Numbered from the stretch's first letter, positions 38,400-52,489 are shown. The stretch: 64,000 bases of DNA from Raillietiella orientalis (GCA_036172245.1 JAYWIR010000001.1:12028001-12092000), one strand, 5' to 3'. The notes: generated from the sequence alone by a model not told the origin. Numbers and translations are program-made.

Positions 38400-41300
38400 T
38401 TGAAGACGGTTCTTGCTGTTGCCGCGTTATGGCGTTCGACTGCGTGGACCAGGAACTCCTGCTGGAGCTCCTGGGTCTCATGGGATTCCCACCCTCCCTA
38501 CTCTCCTACTCCCTGCGCTCCTGCTGGCGGAAAGCGCTGATCAACGTCTCCTTCAGTGGACAAGTAGCGGCTTGCCGGTACGGCGGGGGATAAGGCAGGG
38601 AGATAGCCTCAGTCCCCTGCTCTTTAGCACCTAGTTCGAGTTGGTGCTGAGAGCGTACAGGGAGACTTTGGCTGCCCTGCCGAGCTCGTGCCCCGGCACG
38701 CCTGCTGTAGCAGCTTATGCCGACGATCTTCTGCTCCTGTTGACCATGTCCACCCCGGCAGCGTCAGTAGGAGATTTCTTCGATCTGCTTAGCCGTGGGA
38801 CCGGACTGCAGGTTAACAGGGCGAAGTCGTCGGTGGTGGCGGTTGGTGCGACGTGGGCAGGACGGCCTGACTGGATCCGCTTGGGGATCCCCACGGGCAG
38901 GTACTTGAAGTACCTTGGCGTTCCGTTGGGGGACTTCTGCCCGTCAGAAGCCTGGTCAGTTCGTCTCCAGAAAGTAGAGCGGGCGATCGGACCATTCCTG
39001 GAAGGCAAGTTCCTCTTGCGGGAACGGGCCGCGATATGGAACGCGTTCGCGGCCCCCCTCCTCCGCCCCCTGCTTTTTGTTTGCCCCGTTCCCCTCCTGT
39101 TGAAAAAGAGGATAAAGGACCTCCTAAGAATTGCCATTTGGTGCTAAGGGAGGCCTCGTGTGGCTCTGGAGGATTTGTGCGCTCCACGTCGGGACGGAGG
39201 TCTTAGCGTCCTGACGCTGGAGCGCGTGGAAACACAGCTGTGGTGGCGTACCCTAGCCATCGCGGCGAAGATGTGGAGCATCCTTTGGTGCGTGCCGCTT
39301 CAGTTTCGATTCCGGACTCTCATTCCTGCGGCGGAATTGTGGGACATGCCTTGGTGCGCCCAAGCAAGGCTCATGGCGCAACGAGCCTCACGACTCGGCG
39401 GAGTTTCGTCGTTTCTGGCGACGCGCTACGGCAGGCTCACCCAATGCGGGCATCAGCTGCGTCGAATGGTCGTTGCAGTTCGAGAGAACGCATGGATCTC
39501 CTACGTATCCGGGAACTACTCCGCTTGGCTGCGGGAGTCAGTATCCACGTGGGAAAAGATCCATGTCCCGAGCGACACAAGAAACAGTTGCCTGAGAAGG
39601 CAAGCTCGCTGGACGCTGCAGGAGATCGTGCAATCCCCAGACAAGCTTCTGTGGGCTCAGACTACCCCCTTTGCCCCAGTGCTGCCCTTCCTGGTGTACT
39701 GTAGGGACAGCAACGAGCAGGGAAGTTGGAAAGTGTCCTGTATCGTGGACGGCAGGACCTGACTGCTTAAGGCGTAGACGTCTCGGCAGCTAGAGTACGC
39801 TGCGACCTTGATTGTCCCGCCCAATGGACTCTTACGTTAGAACGAACTACTCGCCATACCTCCGGAGGAGCTGAAGTGGTCTGCCCCCAGAGTCTTGGAA
39901 AAGTGGCTCCCTTCCCATGAAGTGGCAGGAAATGGCATTACTCGGTTTGCATTGGGGTCTCCCCTGCAAAACATGCCTCACCTACTGGACTCGTGGGAGT
40001 ATGGATGCCCTTTGTGCACGGTGTGGAATGTTTTCATCCGGGTAAGCCGGGGCTTTTATTATTTTAAAAAACAAAATTACAATTTATAATTGCAGTCGAT
40101 TGATTTTTCATTGTTTTTGTGTTCCTCTTGGAACACTTTTTCGTATTGTTTTGCACTTGTTTACCGACTTGAGTGCCGGTAAGGCCTACTCCACTCGCGA
40201 AGGGGACGGGAAAAAGGAAAAAAAAATACAAACTCCCCCCCAAAAAACGCCTGGGGGACATTGTTTATGGGGAAGGGAAGGGATCACTGTTCACTGAGTG
40301 AAGACCTCTGCATCTGGTTCCGGAAGCTAACAAGTGCTGGCAGAATTTTCCTCAGCCGGCGCCAACGGGAAGCCTTCTCCATGGAGATCACCGCCCAGTG
40401 GATGGCATTCCGACTGCTGTGGCCTCTTATCGACACGTTCCACTTGTCCAGTATTCCTCGTATGCAGCAGAGAACTGCTACACACGCAGCACCTGGCAGG
40501 GAGTTCCGCGTCAAGAGGCGACGAAAAATGTTTTTAGGGTCGCCCACCGCTACGTTTATGGCCGACGAGAGTCTATCCCACGTTCGGCGGAGGGCAACAT
40601 ATTCGATGAGTAAGTGGGAGAAGGTCTCCCTTTCCCCACACTCTGTACAATGGGCATCCAGTCTCCCCAATGTCCAATGAGACAGGCGGGCTCTGCTCAA
40701 AAGTCCCCAATGGAGCACAAGCAGCGCCGTCTCCTGCCAATCCAAAGGGAGGGTGCCACTGTCCCAATACGCCGGGGGCCACTTCTCCTCCGGAGGCATG
40801 CCGAGAAGCTCGCCCCAGCGCACAATTCCATTTGGCGGGACACTCGGGGTTGTAGCGTCCGCTAGTTCCCGGGACGTCCACGCCTTCATTGGTTTTTTCC
40901 TGCCTCCGATGAGGCAGGACACTTCGTAACAAGCCTCCTCTTGGTTGTCCCTGGCTTCTTTAAGGGAGGGCAGCACAAGGGCAATGGGGTGAATGCTGCC
41001 CACAAAAGCTTTTGTGGGTTGGATACGATCTCCCGCAGGGGCTGGCCAGCGTTCCTGCCTCGACGAAGGCAGGAACGCTGGCCGTTGATTTTTGCCCACG
41101 CGGAAACGGACTCCTGGAGCCAGGTAGTCCAGTTTGCGGGGCTGCACGGCGTGGAATGAGGGAGACCTTCCCCAACCATATTGTGGACTGCATCGCCCTC
41201 CGTCCCCTCTGGGATCGTCTTGCTACGATCCTGAACATTGGCCGAGGCACCCAGGGACATTTTCCGGCGACCATTCTCGCGAGCCTCCTTGCCCCCGGCC

Positions 41301-41590
41301 GCGTCCTTGGCAGTGTTGTACTGCATCCGCGGAATCATGGCGGCATGGAACGCGTCCAGAAGATGCAGGAATGGCAGGGATGCCATCCACTGGACGCGAA
41401 TTTTCGTTCGAAAGATCTCCAGGTGGTCCCATCTGGGCGTAAATAGTACTCGGCTCGCTAGGATCCTAAACAGGATCTCGAAAACCAATCCACGCGCAAT
41501 GTGATCCCTTCTCCGCCCTCCCTACTCCCAGACCTTTGTGTACTTCCTACGTGTCACCTTTTGTTTGTTTTTGTGTTCCTTTATTCTACC
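38400..41590 (+). mobile_element. L1/Tx1-like (family 2) copy A, RT to 3' UTR, with nested antisense copy B (40031-41142)
   Basis: GIRQGDSLSPLLF, AAYADD and KYLGVPL. Copy B is flanked by a 16-bp TSD TGCACGG(T/C)GTGGAATG (40015-40030 and 41143-41158). Confidence 0.85.
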
Positions 41591-41599
41591 CTCACGCGT

Positions 41600-42780
41600 T
41601 GGATGGAGCTCGCCCGTTTTTGCACCGGTAGCTGGCTTGCTTTTGTGAATTGGTGAGTGTTTGGGTTGACCACAACAAAGTAGAATGGACTTTTATTTGA
41701 TTCAAATAAATGCCCCGACATAGCCGGGCGATAAACTCCTTTACGATCACGGGAGGCACGATCTTGGCTTTGCCTTTGGCTGTTGTCGCAGGGGCGGGCC
41801 CGATTTTTTTTTCCAATTTAATTTTTCGGGAGTCGAGCTGCCAGCCTTCCTCGTCGTCAGTCTACTTCGGAATCTCTTTTAATAAGTCAGCTTCCTGTTG
41901 CAAGACTTTTTTGGCCGGCGGCCTTTCCCCGATTATATTATTTTTAATGTTCGCCGCTGTCTTCTGCTTATATTTTAGGGAAGATTCCAACGGCGCCGGA
42001 GCGACGTTCATCGGGCACACCACTTTGTTGTGGCCCTTCGCGCCGCACGTGGGGCATAATGCGTCCGGCATCTCTTCTTGAGATGCCTGAACGTCTTACA
42101 AATCTTGCAAAACTTCGGCTTCCCCACATACCACACCTCGACAAACTCGTTGCCGAGCTGGAGTTAGTGGTCAAGTTCACACCCCTCGCACAGGGTCACG
42201 CGTGCAGCGACAAGCCCACTGAAGGCAGCCTTGATTCCGAAAGGGTTGGTCTTCAGCCGCTTGGCGTGAATCACCGCGTATTTTTCGATTTCGGTGTGAA
42301 CGGCGGTTTCCTCCATTCGCACCGTTGTACCGGTTAGGTGGATCTTAATCGATCAGTCCACCGTGTAGGGAAGGATGCTGCGACCCTCGATCTCTACGGG
42401 CGTGCAGAGCAGTTTATGAGTCAGAGCTGCATCTTTGCAGATTAACTCGGCGAACTGCCCGCCGCTGCGCATTCAGAGGCACGCAACCTCCTCTTCCTTA
42501 ATGCCCATCCGAAGGTCGGCATTTCCAAATTTTCGCGTCCGGAGAGGCGAATACAAATTGCCTACCTTGTACAGGAAGGAGGGTTTATAGCCCTCCTGGC
42601 TCCTTATGTAGGCTGCAATTTCCGCAGCGACGTCAGGCGTTTCGGCCGCTGCCACTGCTCTCCATGCCCTCGCCCGAACGGCGGGGATCGATTGGGAGGT
42701 GGGGCGAATCGCAGCAGGCTTGGAAGATGTGGTTTTCCTGCCTCCCTTGCCTTTAACTGCGGCGTTTCCAGGCATTAATA
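41600..42780 (-). mobile_element. LINE ORF1 (gag-like) remnant with a CCHC zinc knuckle
   Basis: CPTCGAKGHNKVVC (CX2CX4HX4C) in ORF 41862-42071, preceded by a frameshifted first knuckle (CKICKTFRH). Confidence 0.65.
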
Positions 42781-42789
42781 TCCGTCAAC

Positions 42790-45700
42790 AGCGGCGAAAG
42801 CACACAACACACACCAACAAAATCCTTTCTTCTGACGGAGTGCAATCTAGCTTGGCTTGAAGTGATAATTGTTTTTGCTCTCTAGAGTGAGCACGTATCG
42901 TTTGTGCTACTCGTCTACGGCGCGAGAGCGATAGAATTTTGAGGTTTTCATGCTCAGGAATTGACATGGAGCGCGTCACATTATTATCCTCAAAGTTCCA
43001 TGTTATGGATAGATGCTACGTTGCTTCCCGTAATGCGGATCAAATCTTGCGGGGATCACCACTTGGGTGGTCTAGAGGGGACGTGGCTCATCCATTGAGG
43101 TATGGCGCAAGCAGGAGTAAGTCGGGTGGGGAGTGAGCCTTTCTACGTACAGCATCGGAAGGGGTAGAGATGGTGGGATCGGTCACATGGGGATCCAGGC
43201 ATGTTAATAGCTTAAATACAGTTAGCTATCATGGTTCGTGCTTCTTCGACGATGAGCAGTATCCCAAGTCATCCATCACGGACACTCCCGTATAAGTATT
43301 CGTTAGATGAGCCTTGAGTAAGAGAAAGAATAGCTTGCTAGAACGCATAACGTATTATTTTGTCGATCTTTGCCCAAGACGATAAGGGTTTCGTACCGAG
43401 GCGTAAGTCGTGTACTAAAGATGGCAGGAAAAAGGTTTTAATTGCATCTAGTTTCTGCCAAGGAGCTAACGAGGAGTCTGCACTAATTTGGAAGCGTGTA
43501 ATGAACTTATCCACGTTTATGTCATATATGAGGGGGTCAAAACCAATCGCTTTCCATAGCTAGTTATATCTTTCTTGGAGGGAAAGGCACGGAATTGCTG
43601 CACCATTCACAGACAGCGATGTATTTTGCACATGCGGTTGGGAGGCTACGTAGTGATACGAGCCGCATTTATTAGGGTTGATTTGTAAGTTTGCAGCAAG
43701 GGTTGCACCTGCAAGTGTGGTGACGGTAAGTTGTAGCTAGTCTATGGAGCTTGCTATGAGCGCAACATCATCTGCATATGCAAGTGGAATGATAGAGGGG
43801 TGGTGGTGGTTCAGGATTTTAATAGAGGACTCAAGCGCGATGTCAAATAATAGACCATTCAGGAAGCATCCATGGGGTACTCGAGAACGAATTGGAATTG
43901 GATAGGTAGGTCCATCCGAGGTTACAATTGTTGCTGTAGATTCCGAATACATTTCAGATATGCTACCATGAAATTGATGACCAGCTCCTAGTAAGGTCAA
44001 CGTGTCCAGGATGAGCTGGTAGGGGATGCAGAAAAACGCGTCTTTAAAATCTATCCACGTGATGGCAATGTCATTGTGGAAGACCCGGGAGCGCTCGAGT
44101 AGAGTGGTCAGCAAAAAGTTTTTTTCTAAAACACCTTCATGAGGAAGAAATCCTTTCTGATGATGTTCAAGGATCCTATTGTTGAGGATCCACGTTCGCA
44201 ACCCTTTCGCGAGGATTTTACAGAACAGTTTGCCAACGGTGTTGGAAATGGCGAAGGGGCGGAATTGCGTTACGTCTGTAGGATCAGATGCTCCCGATTT
44301 TGGTATTAGAACTGCAGGTGAACTCTTGCAGTCATTAGGAATTTGCAAGTAGTGGATACAAACATTGTAAAGGGCGGCGAGACAAGATCCGTCTGAATCA
44401 TCTTTTAGGAGAAAGGAGTAGGGGATTCCATCATTTCCAGGGGCAGTATCCTGAGCCTTTCCGTAATGTGAACACAACATCCTGAGGGGTAATGTTGGTG
44501 CAATTAACTTCCCAAGAAGCTGGAGTTGGGCTCTGTGAAGAATGTCAGTATTAATATTCTTCGTAAAGAATTTCTCACTAAAATGGTTTCAACTGTCGAT
44601 AGAGAGCCGTTGAATCGGATGGGATGGGGGTGCAGAAGAGTGCGGATGGCTCGCTTTCTGTTACGTCGATACAAGGTTTGGAGGTGTTTTGTTGAGGTTA
44701 GGCGAAAAGCATTGCAGGAAGCAGTAGGTCTCCTAGAAGGGTTGAAGGGGCGTATGTTGAACGTAGGAGTCATCGTATTCATGACTTTGTTGAGGATGTC
44801 AATGGTACGTTGCAAATTGTCGTTAGACTTTGGTTGTGTGAGGAGAGATGTGAGAATCAAGGTGTGAGCACCGAAGATAGAACGTGTGTTTGTGTGTAGT
44901 ATATGCTGAAAGTTTGGCAATAACTATTGTGCTTCAGGGTTACTCGATGCGCGTTCGCTGGTTGAGAGCACAGGATACGGAGGAGTTAGATGTATGAGTG
45001 GCGCGTCCTGTTGTGAAGTTCGGGAAACAGGGGAGTGTGATGGTACTCTTGGAGGTTCAGAGGCTGTCAAAACAGTTTTCTGTTGGTAAGGGATCCTTCA
45101 TTTCTAGGGCTATAGGTGTGACGGGTTCGTGTGCTGCTATTGCAGCAAAACGGTTGAATGTGGGTATCGAAGGAGGAGCACGTGATGTAGGAAGTGGTTT
45201 CTTGCGTTGATTTTGCGGTCGCATGTAGCATCGAGTATGATTGTGTAATCCACGCATTGAGGGTAAAGTGGCTTTACAGTTGGAAATGCTACATTGGAAG
45301 GAAAGGAGTGCCACGGGAAGCTGCGGGGGAGCGATGTGTTTAAAGCAAGGGTGGTGGTGTGTAGGATAGGAGACATCGGAGTTGCATCTCCTACAGAGCA
45401 ACTTGTGCTTGCAAAATGTAGCTTGTGTGCAGTGGATAAGTGGCGTTTGAGAGACCGAAGCGTGTTGAGAGTTTGTGTTCTCCAGGGACAGGAAGGTATT
45501 ATGCAGCTTAGGGTACGGGATACAGGAAATCGCACTAAAAAGACGTGTTGTTAGATGTAAGAGTTACATCGTTCTTGGCTATAGGCAAAAGTAGAATGTC
45601 CGTGAGTGGGGGATAGTAGGGCGGGAAGTAAGGGGTGAGGGCACAATAGAGGTAGAAGGGCTCGATCGAGGGGTGGGGTTTTTACACACTGACGATGAGA

Positions 45701-47000
45701 TCGACGAAACGTAGGTGGCATTGGATTGTGGTTGTATCTGGGAAAGTCCTTTGCGCTGTATAGATGTAAGGAACAAGCAAGCAGCAGTGTGTAATGGTGG
45801 CGAGGTGAGAGGTGAAGGGTTGACTTCTCTGTTAAGTATTGAAACAGAAATTGATTATGTGGTGCTATGCATGTTGGGTGGAGCATTCTCCACAAGGCAT
45901 GATCTTTGAGCCAACACAGGAATCTTTCCAAGGGATCGCATTTTAGCGGGAGATGTACTGCCACTTATGGTGAGGGAAGTTAGGGTGATGGGAGGGGAGC
46001 CTTGACTAGGCGCATTATGGGTGTATATTTTCTTGAGCATGACGCGAGGCTGATTTTCCACATCAGCAAATGTCGGTGATGAAGAGGACAGGGTAGATTT
46101 CATTTGACGCGAATCCAGGGGCGATTGGGCATTGCGATCTGTTTCCAGTTGAACAGGGATGGAAGAATCAGTCAGTGAGAGAATTTCGGCAGGCAAAGGT
46201 TGGAATGCGTCTTTGTGTTGTTGGAAAATAGCAATTGCTTCCTGCAGTCCAGGCGTTATTACAGGTTGTGGTTCGGGAATCATATAGTTGTCAGGTTGAC
46301 GTTGAGGAGTCGCATTGAGTGGTGCTTGGTATGTGCTTTCTGAGACCAATGTTGCTGATTGGTCTTCAATCGGGCGTTCGTATGTTATGTTACTAGTGCC
46401 AGGTTCTTCGTCAAAGACTTCGTATAGTGACGATTTCTTGGTTCTTGATGCGCCGTCTGTTGTCCGGTGGTGCGTAGTGAGGTGGCTTTTACGGTAGAAT
46501 GGATGCACAAGACGAGCAGGGATATTTGGGTTTTTTCAGAGAACGAGGAATCTTCACATTTCACATTTATGAGAGTCGGGGGAATAGTGGAACAGGTCCG
46601 CAGTAAAATCGCATTGGTCACAAAAGCAAGTGGGGATTTAGGGAGTTACACCATACGTGTCAGATGGTGCTTCAGCTTACGGGAGCGATTGTGCCTTCCT
46701 TCGGCTGAGGATGCGAAATTACAGTCAGGAATTGGGCATGGGCAAGGACGTGGAAGCGAAATGCAAGTACATGAACCAAGGTCGGTGTCTAAAAAGGCGG
46801 GTTCCAAAGTTTGCTTTTAAAGTTTGCTTTAAGGAGTCATTGCTCTCATGTGACCAGGATAGCGGGAAAGTTCCACACACGAGCGCGAACGCAGCTACAG
46901 GAGTGCATGCGGGCACGGCGTTGGGGGTGCAGGCGCAACACCAGCAACGTTGCGCGCGGTTGGAGTTTGCTGTATGCGCGCCACGTGGTCGCGCAGCCAT
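42790..47000 (-). mobile_element. NeSL/Utopia-like (R2 superfamily) non-LTR retrotransposon, decayed and 3'-truncated
   Basis: N-terminal C2H2-type fingers (CIIPSC...LKRHLSTAH; CSISNC...GLHNH), LYRRNRKRAIR, RT motifs APGNDGI...QFRPFAISNTVGKLF...HQKGFLP...WIDFKDAF...AYADD, and downstream SSLAPWQKLDAIKTFFLPSL and NEYLYGS. No RLE endonuclease is seen. The 5' boundary is approximate. Confidence 0.8.
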
Positions 47001-47562
47001 CTATAAAAATTAGTATTGCAAATAGAAGGGAAAAAAATGTACTAATTGATCAAAAATTGAGGTCTATACAATATTACCGAAAACACAGAAAGTCTTAAAT
47101 GTTGCTTGTATTGAGAATTCAAACTCGAAATTAAGAGTTGAAATCTTGGGATGCTATGCGACAGTAACTATTGTGAATGAATTCACGCGTTGCACTGATA
47201 ATTTCGCTGCCGATTCAGTGCCAAAAGAAAAAAATTTCGAAAAAATTGAATAGTTCTTTGAAAAGATTAAAAGGAACATCGGGGTAAGTCTTACCTTGGC
47301 CAACCAACAGCTTTCTAGTTAGACTACAGCACCCGCGAACGGCCAAAGGAGAGCCCTTTCGTTTACCACAATAAACACTGTATTACCACGATTCCTTCTG
47401 AAAAAGTAAAATAACTCCGTAAGATACGCTGAATACAATATAAACGTAAATCCTTAGAGAACATTTCACGAACTTCACAATTCAACCGTCACCTAAGGGA
47501 GCGACAAGGAGACAGGTTCGTACATACAGGTTGACGGTGGCCAGCCTGCCGAGCTCTTCGGG

Positions 47563-50500
47563 TTTTTCACCCGGGTGAGCCGGGGCTTTTATTATTAAAA
47601 ATTTGTACATTGAAAAAATTCTATAATAAAGTCTTTCTTTTTAAAAGATGTTTTTCTCTTTTAGGTTGTACCGAAGTTTTGGATGCCCTGTGGCACTTGT
47701 CCTTACCGACCCGCAGGCCGATAAGGTCCTCCACACTGGCGCAGGGGCGGGAAAAAGAAAAAGAAAACAAAAAAAACAATAACACCTGGGGTGGCAATGT
47801 TCTTTGGGCGGGGGGGGGGAAGGGAGGGAATCACGGTACGCCGTGAGGAGGCCTCTGCATCCGGTTACGGATGCGAGCAAGTGCCGGCAAATGTTTTTTG
47901 AGTTGGCGCCAACGGCAGGCCTTCTCCAAGGAGATGGCTGCCCAGTGGATGGCATTCCGACTGGTATGGTCTCTCCTTGATGCGTTCCACTTGTCCAGGA
48001 TTCAGCGTATGCAACAGAGCACTGCTACACACCCGGAGGCTGGCAAGGGGTCCCGCGTCAGGAGGCGTCTTAATAAGTTCTTGGGGTCGCCCACCGGAAT
48101 GTTCAGGATCGACGAGAGTCGGTTCCACATCTCACGGAGGGCAACACACTCGATGATTAAGTGGGGGAAGGTCTCTCTTTCTCCGCACTCTGTACAATTA
48201 GCATCCACATTCGCCGGCGGATGACCTAGAGTGGCCCCCGTTGTTCAAAGACTTTTCCACCCTCCCCCTCAAGTGGCAGGAAACGGCGCTGTTGTTGCAC
48301 TGGGGTCTTCCCTGCAACGCGCGCCGTCACCACTGGACGTTGGGGAACGTCGGAGAGAACTGTGCAGTGTGCGGGGAGAAGGAATCCCTCCCCCATCTGT
48401 TAGTGGACTGTGCTGCCCTCCGGCCCTTGTGGGAACGTTATGCTACGACCCTCCCTATGCCGGTCGGCAGTACCCCCAAAGACGTTGTGAGACTCCTCTT
48501 CGTGAGAGACGCCCTGCCACCAGCCTCAACTCTGGCAGCGCTCTGCTGCCTCCGAGGGATTGTGGCCGCCTGGAGCGCAGCCAACAGAGGAAGCAGCAAC
48601 AGGGACCCCATCGTACACGCGGGTCGCTACATGCGAATCGCGATCGGCTAGTCCCATCTGGGAGCTATGACGAGGGACCTCGAGGGCATCCTGGAAAGGA
48701 TAGTCCCCTCCTCCAGCGGGCTGTGATCCCTTCCCGGCCCTCCAAATAGTTTCTTTTTGTTATTTCATTTATTTTTCTTTTTGTTTTACCCCCTATCCCC
48801 TCCGCTGCCGAGGAGGACAAGCTGGCCTTAGAAACAGCTTCCTGGCAGGTCCCATGAAATATTGGCCGTAGCGGGGCCTAGTACCGCAAATGTAAAGTGT
48901 TTTTTAATAAACGCCCCGTCGTGACCGGGTGAAAACTCCCCGATGTCCAGTGAGACAGGCGTGCTCTGCTTAAAAGCCCCCAATGGAGCAGAAGCAACGC
49001 CGTCTCCTGCTACTGCAGGGGAAGGGTGCCGTTGTCCCATGACTCTGAGGGCCACTTCACCTCCTCCGGAGGTATGTCGTGCAGCGCGCTCCAGCGTAAA
49101 AGTCCGTTCGGCGGGACACTCGGGGTACTAGCGTCCGCTAGTTCCCGGGACGTCCACGCCTTCAAAAGTTTTTTCCTGCCTCCGATGAGGCAGGACACTT
49201 CCCACGATGCCTCCTGCTGGCTGTCCTGAACTTCCCTGAGGGAGGGCAGCACGGGGGCAAGGGGGGTGAAAGAAGCCCACAGAAGTTTTCGTGGGCTGCA
49301 AATGATCTCCTGCAGTGGCTGACCAGCGTGCCTGCCTCTACGGAGGCAGGAGAAGTCCTCATTGCTGAAGCCGTTGATTTTATTCCATGCGGAAACGGAC
49401 TCCTGGAGTCAGGTAGTCCAGTCCGCAGGGATGCAGGAGATCCATGGATTGTCTCTCAACCAAGTCCCGCAGCTGAAACCCACAGTGGTTCAGGCTGCGG
49501 TCGTTGGCTACTAGGATTGAGGTCAATCCTTGGCAGCCGGTCGCCCTGTGAGCGAGGAGTCTTGAAGGTGCACACCAGGGTGCGGTCCAATACTTTGCCA
49601 CAAGGGCAAGTTTTCGGAATTGGAGCTGGCGCTCCATGCGCTCCAACGTCAGGAGACCAAGTCCACCGTCCCTGCGTGGAGCGCACAAGTCTTTAAGCCG
49701 GACGCGGGGCCTGTGATTGCCCCAGAGGGCTTTTCTGATGAGGCCCCTTGTCCTTTTCCGAATTTGGGGAGGAGTGGGGTACACAAAAAGTAGGGGGCGA
49801 GGGAAGGTGGCCGCGAAAGCGTTCCACACTGCGGCCCGTTCCTGTAAGTAAAACTTGCCGTCCCGGAACGGGCCGATCGCCAACTCCACCTTTTGGAGAC
49901 GGTCGGACCAGGCTTCTGCAGCGCAGAAGTCCCCCAACGGAACGCCAAGGTACTTGATGTACCTGCCCGTGGGGATCCCCACGTGGATCCAGTCCCACCG
50001 TCCGACCCGCGTCGAGTCCGTGAAGAGCAACAACGACTTCGTCCTGTTTACCTCGAGGCCCGTCCCACGTTGCAGCAACTCGAAGAAATCCTCGAGCGCC
50101 AATGCCGGGGTGGACCCGGAAAGCAGGAGCAGAAGGTCGTCGGCATAGGCCGACACGGCAGGCGTGCCGGGACACGAGCAAGGCAGGGTTGCCAAAGTCT
50201 TCCTGTATGCTCTCAGCACCAACTCAAAGTAGATGCTGAAGAGCAGGGGGCTGAGGCAGTCACCCTGCCTGATGCCGCGACGAACCGGCACGCCGTACAC
50301 GTGCCGGCCGCTGAAATTAATGTTTATGAACGTGAAGCGCCAGCAGGAGCGCAGGTAGGCCAGGAAGACGGCCGGAAATCCCATGCGTTCCAGGAGCTCC
50401 AGGAGGAGCTCCTGGTCGACGCAGTCGAAAGCTTTACTCAAATCGACTGCGACCGCAAGGGCTTCGGGCGCCGCATCTCCTTCCCGGCTTCCTTCCCCCC

Positions 50501-50645
50501 GGTTAGTGGAGAGTCCAGAACTCTCCCGACCAAGCTGAGCCTCGCGTTGTTGCAACTGCCAGAATGTGCTGGCGAGGAACAGGTTGGCCTCAATGGTTCG
50601 CCCGGGGACAGTGTAAGTCTGTTCCGGACTGACCACGGATTCCAC
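47563..50645 (-). mobile_element. L1/Tx1-like (family 2) copy C with nested antisense copy D (about 48225-48935, +)
   Basis: 421-aa RT ORF 49380-50645 (VDLSKAFD, GIRQGDCLSPLLF, AYADD). Copy C is interrupted just upstream of its zinc finger (CTECGERETFPHL resumes at about 48208) by plus-strand copy D (CAVCGEKESLPHL). Confidence 0.85.
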
Positions 50646-52472
50646 TACCCGTCCCAGCCGTTCTTCTCCGGGTACGCCGTCCGTGGAGGCCTATGCCGAT
50701 GACCTGCTTCTCCTTTTACCCATGACCACCCCGGCGTCCAGTCTCGAGGATTTCTAACTGATTTCGTTCTGATTCGCCGGGGAGCGGGCATGAGCGTGGA
50801 CCGGAGCAAGAGTGTTGTCGTTCCTGTTGGTGCGGCGTGGAAGGGGCAGTCCGACTCGATCCGCCTGGGGATCTCAACCGCTACGTCTTTGAAGTACTTA
50901 GGCGTCCTGCTGGGAATCATCAGTCCAGTAGAAGCGTAGTCGGACTGCCTTCGGAAGGCGGCGAGTGCACTAAACCGGTTCCACCTTGACAGGTTCGTCC
51001 AGCTGGAGCGCGCCTTCGTTTGGAACACCTTCGTTGCACCCCTACTCCGCCCTCTGTTTTTTGTTTGCCCACTCCCCTACTCGGCCAGACTCCAGACGCC
51101 AAGCCTGTTGAGAGACGGTTTGTGGGGTTCCACGAGGTGCAGGCTCCGCCTCAAAGACTTGGCGGCTCCGCGTCCGTATGCCGCCCTGGGTATCCTGACG
51201 CTGGAGAGGATCGAGCTGCAGGTGAAGTTACGAGTGTGCCAACCTTTGGTCCACTCCGTGGTGGGCTCCCGCGCGCCTGCTACTGCGGTGCTGTAGCGGC
51301 AGCGAAGGACTCTCTGCTGCCGCATATGGAGTGCGCCATGAGAGACTTTGGTTTCCCCTTGAAACTACCTTACCGCCTCCTGGTGGATCACGCATGCATC
51401 TGCAGCCCAACGAACTTTAACGGCTGGCGGCAGGAACCGTTGCATGCTTGAACAAGGCAACTGGATGTTTCCCTTTTGGAACTCGTTTGCGTCAACGTCT
51501 CTCCTCACTGCACAGTGGAGAAGGTGATGAACAACCAGGAGCAGTGGAGTCGCCAGGCCGTCACACCTCCCGCCGAAGCGCTGTCAGCCCTTGGGACAAA
51601 TGATGATAGCTGCCTACCGACGAGGTGGGAGGTCGCCTGCGCCATCGTAGGAGCAACCCGACCCATGGGCGGCTGGAGGACTTGAAAGCTGGCAGACACC
51701 GCCACGCCTCGCAACATCGCGAAGGGACTCCTTCGGTGGAGCGAACTTTTGAGTGTGCCCCCCGAACAACTTATGGTCCCTCCCTCCTGTTTGAACACTT
51801 CTGTGTTTCCTTTGAACTGAAAACAAGACGCCATTATGCTGGTTTATTGGGGTTTTTACTCCAACCAGTGGACGAACCGTGTTTCCGGGGGAGTTGTCTC
51901 TCCGAACTGTAAACGGTGTGGCGAAGTGGAAACGCTCCCGCACCTGCTCTTGGACTGCGGTGTCCTCCAAGGACTGTGGCGGAGACTGGCCTCAGCTCTC
52001 CTGCACCAGGGGGACACCGCAAGAGACTTGATGCGCCGCTTCTTCACGCCAGGTGGCCTGTCCTTAGGTGCTGTTATCGCAACGGTCTGTTGCACACGCG
52101 CCATCGACAAGGCCCACCGAGAGCTGGAGAAGCAGGCGATTCGACGACAGGCCACCGAAATAGCCAGCACGAACATGACGTCGGCTGCCGAGTGGGCCCA
52201 TCTTCCAGAGGACGTTAGGAGCGAGATCACCGGCAACCATAGCCGGTTCTGAAAGAAAGGAACGGCTTAAGCCGTTTGGCTTCAGCCGTTCACCTCTGTC
52301 CCCTCCCCTCCCAATATCTTTATTTACATTTTTTATATGTGTATTCTTGGTCCCCTTTCTCCCGTTTCGGACTTTGGCTTTCCCGAGCTGCGTGTCGGGG
52401 ATCCCAGTATTCTTTTTCTGTGTCCTTTGTCAGTTTACCAATTAACCCCCCGGCGCTCCCGGGTGCGAAAAA
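50646..52472 (+). mobile_element. L1/Tx1-like (family 2) copy E, head-to-head with copy C
   Basis: Starts near the RT AYADD (about 50690), contains the zinc finger CKRCGEVETLPHLLLDC, and ends with a CCCGG...CCCGGG hairpin plus A tract at 52440-52472. Confidence 0.8.
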
Positions 52473-52489
52473 GCATGCAGGCGTTGAAG

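Noticed and set aside
46900-47560. U2 snRNA or SL RNA target remnant flanking the Utopia-like element
   Set aside because: I found no match to the U2 5' sequence or a spliced leader on either strand by eye.
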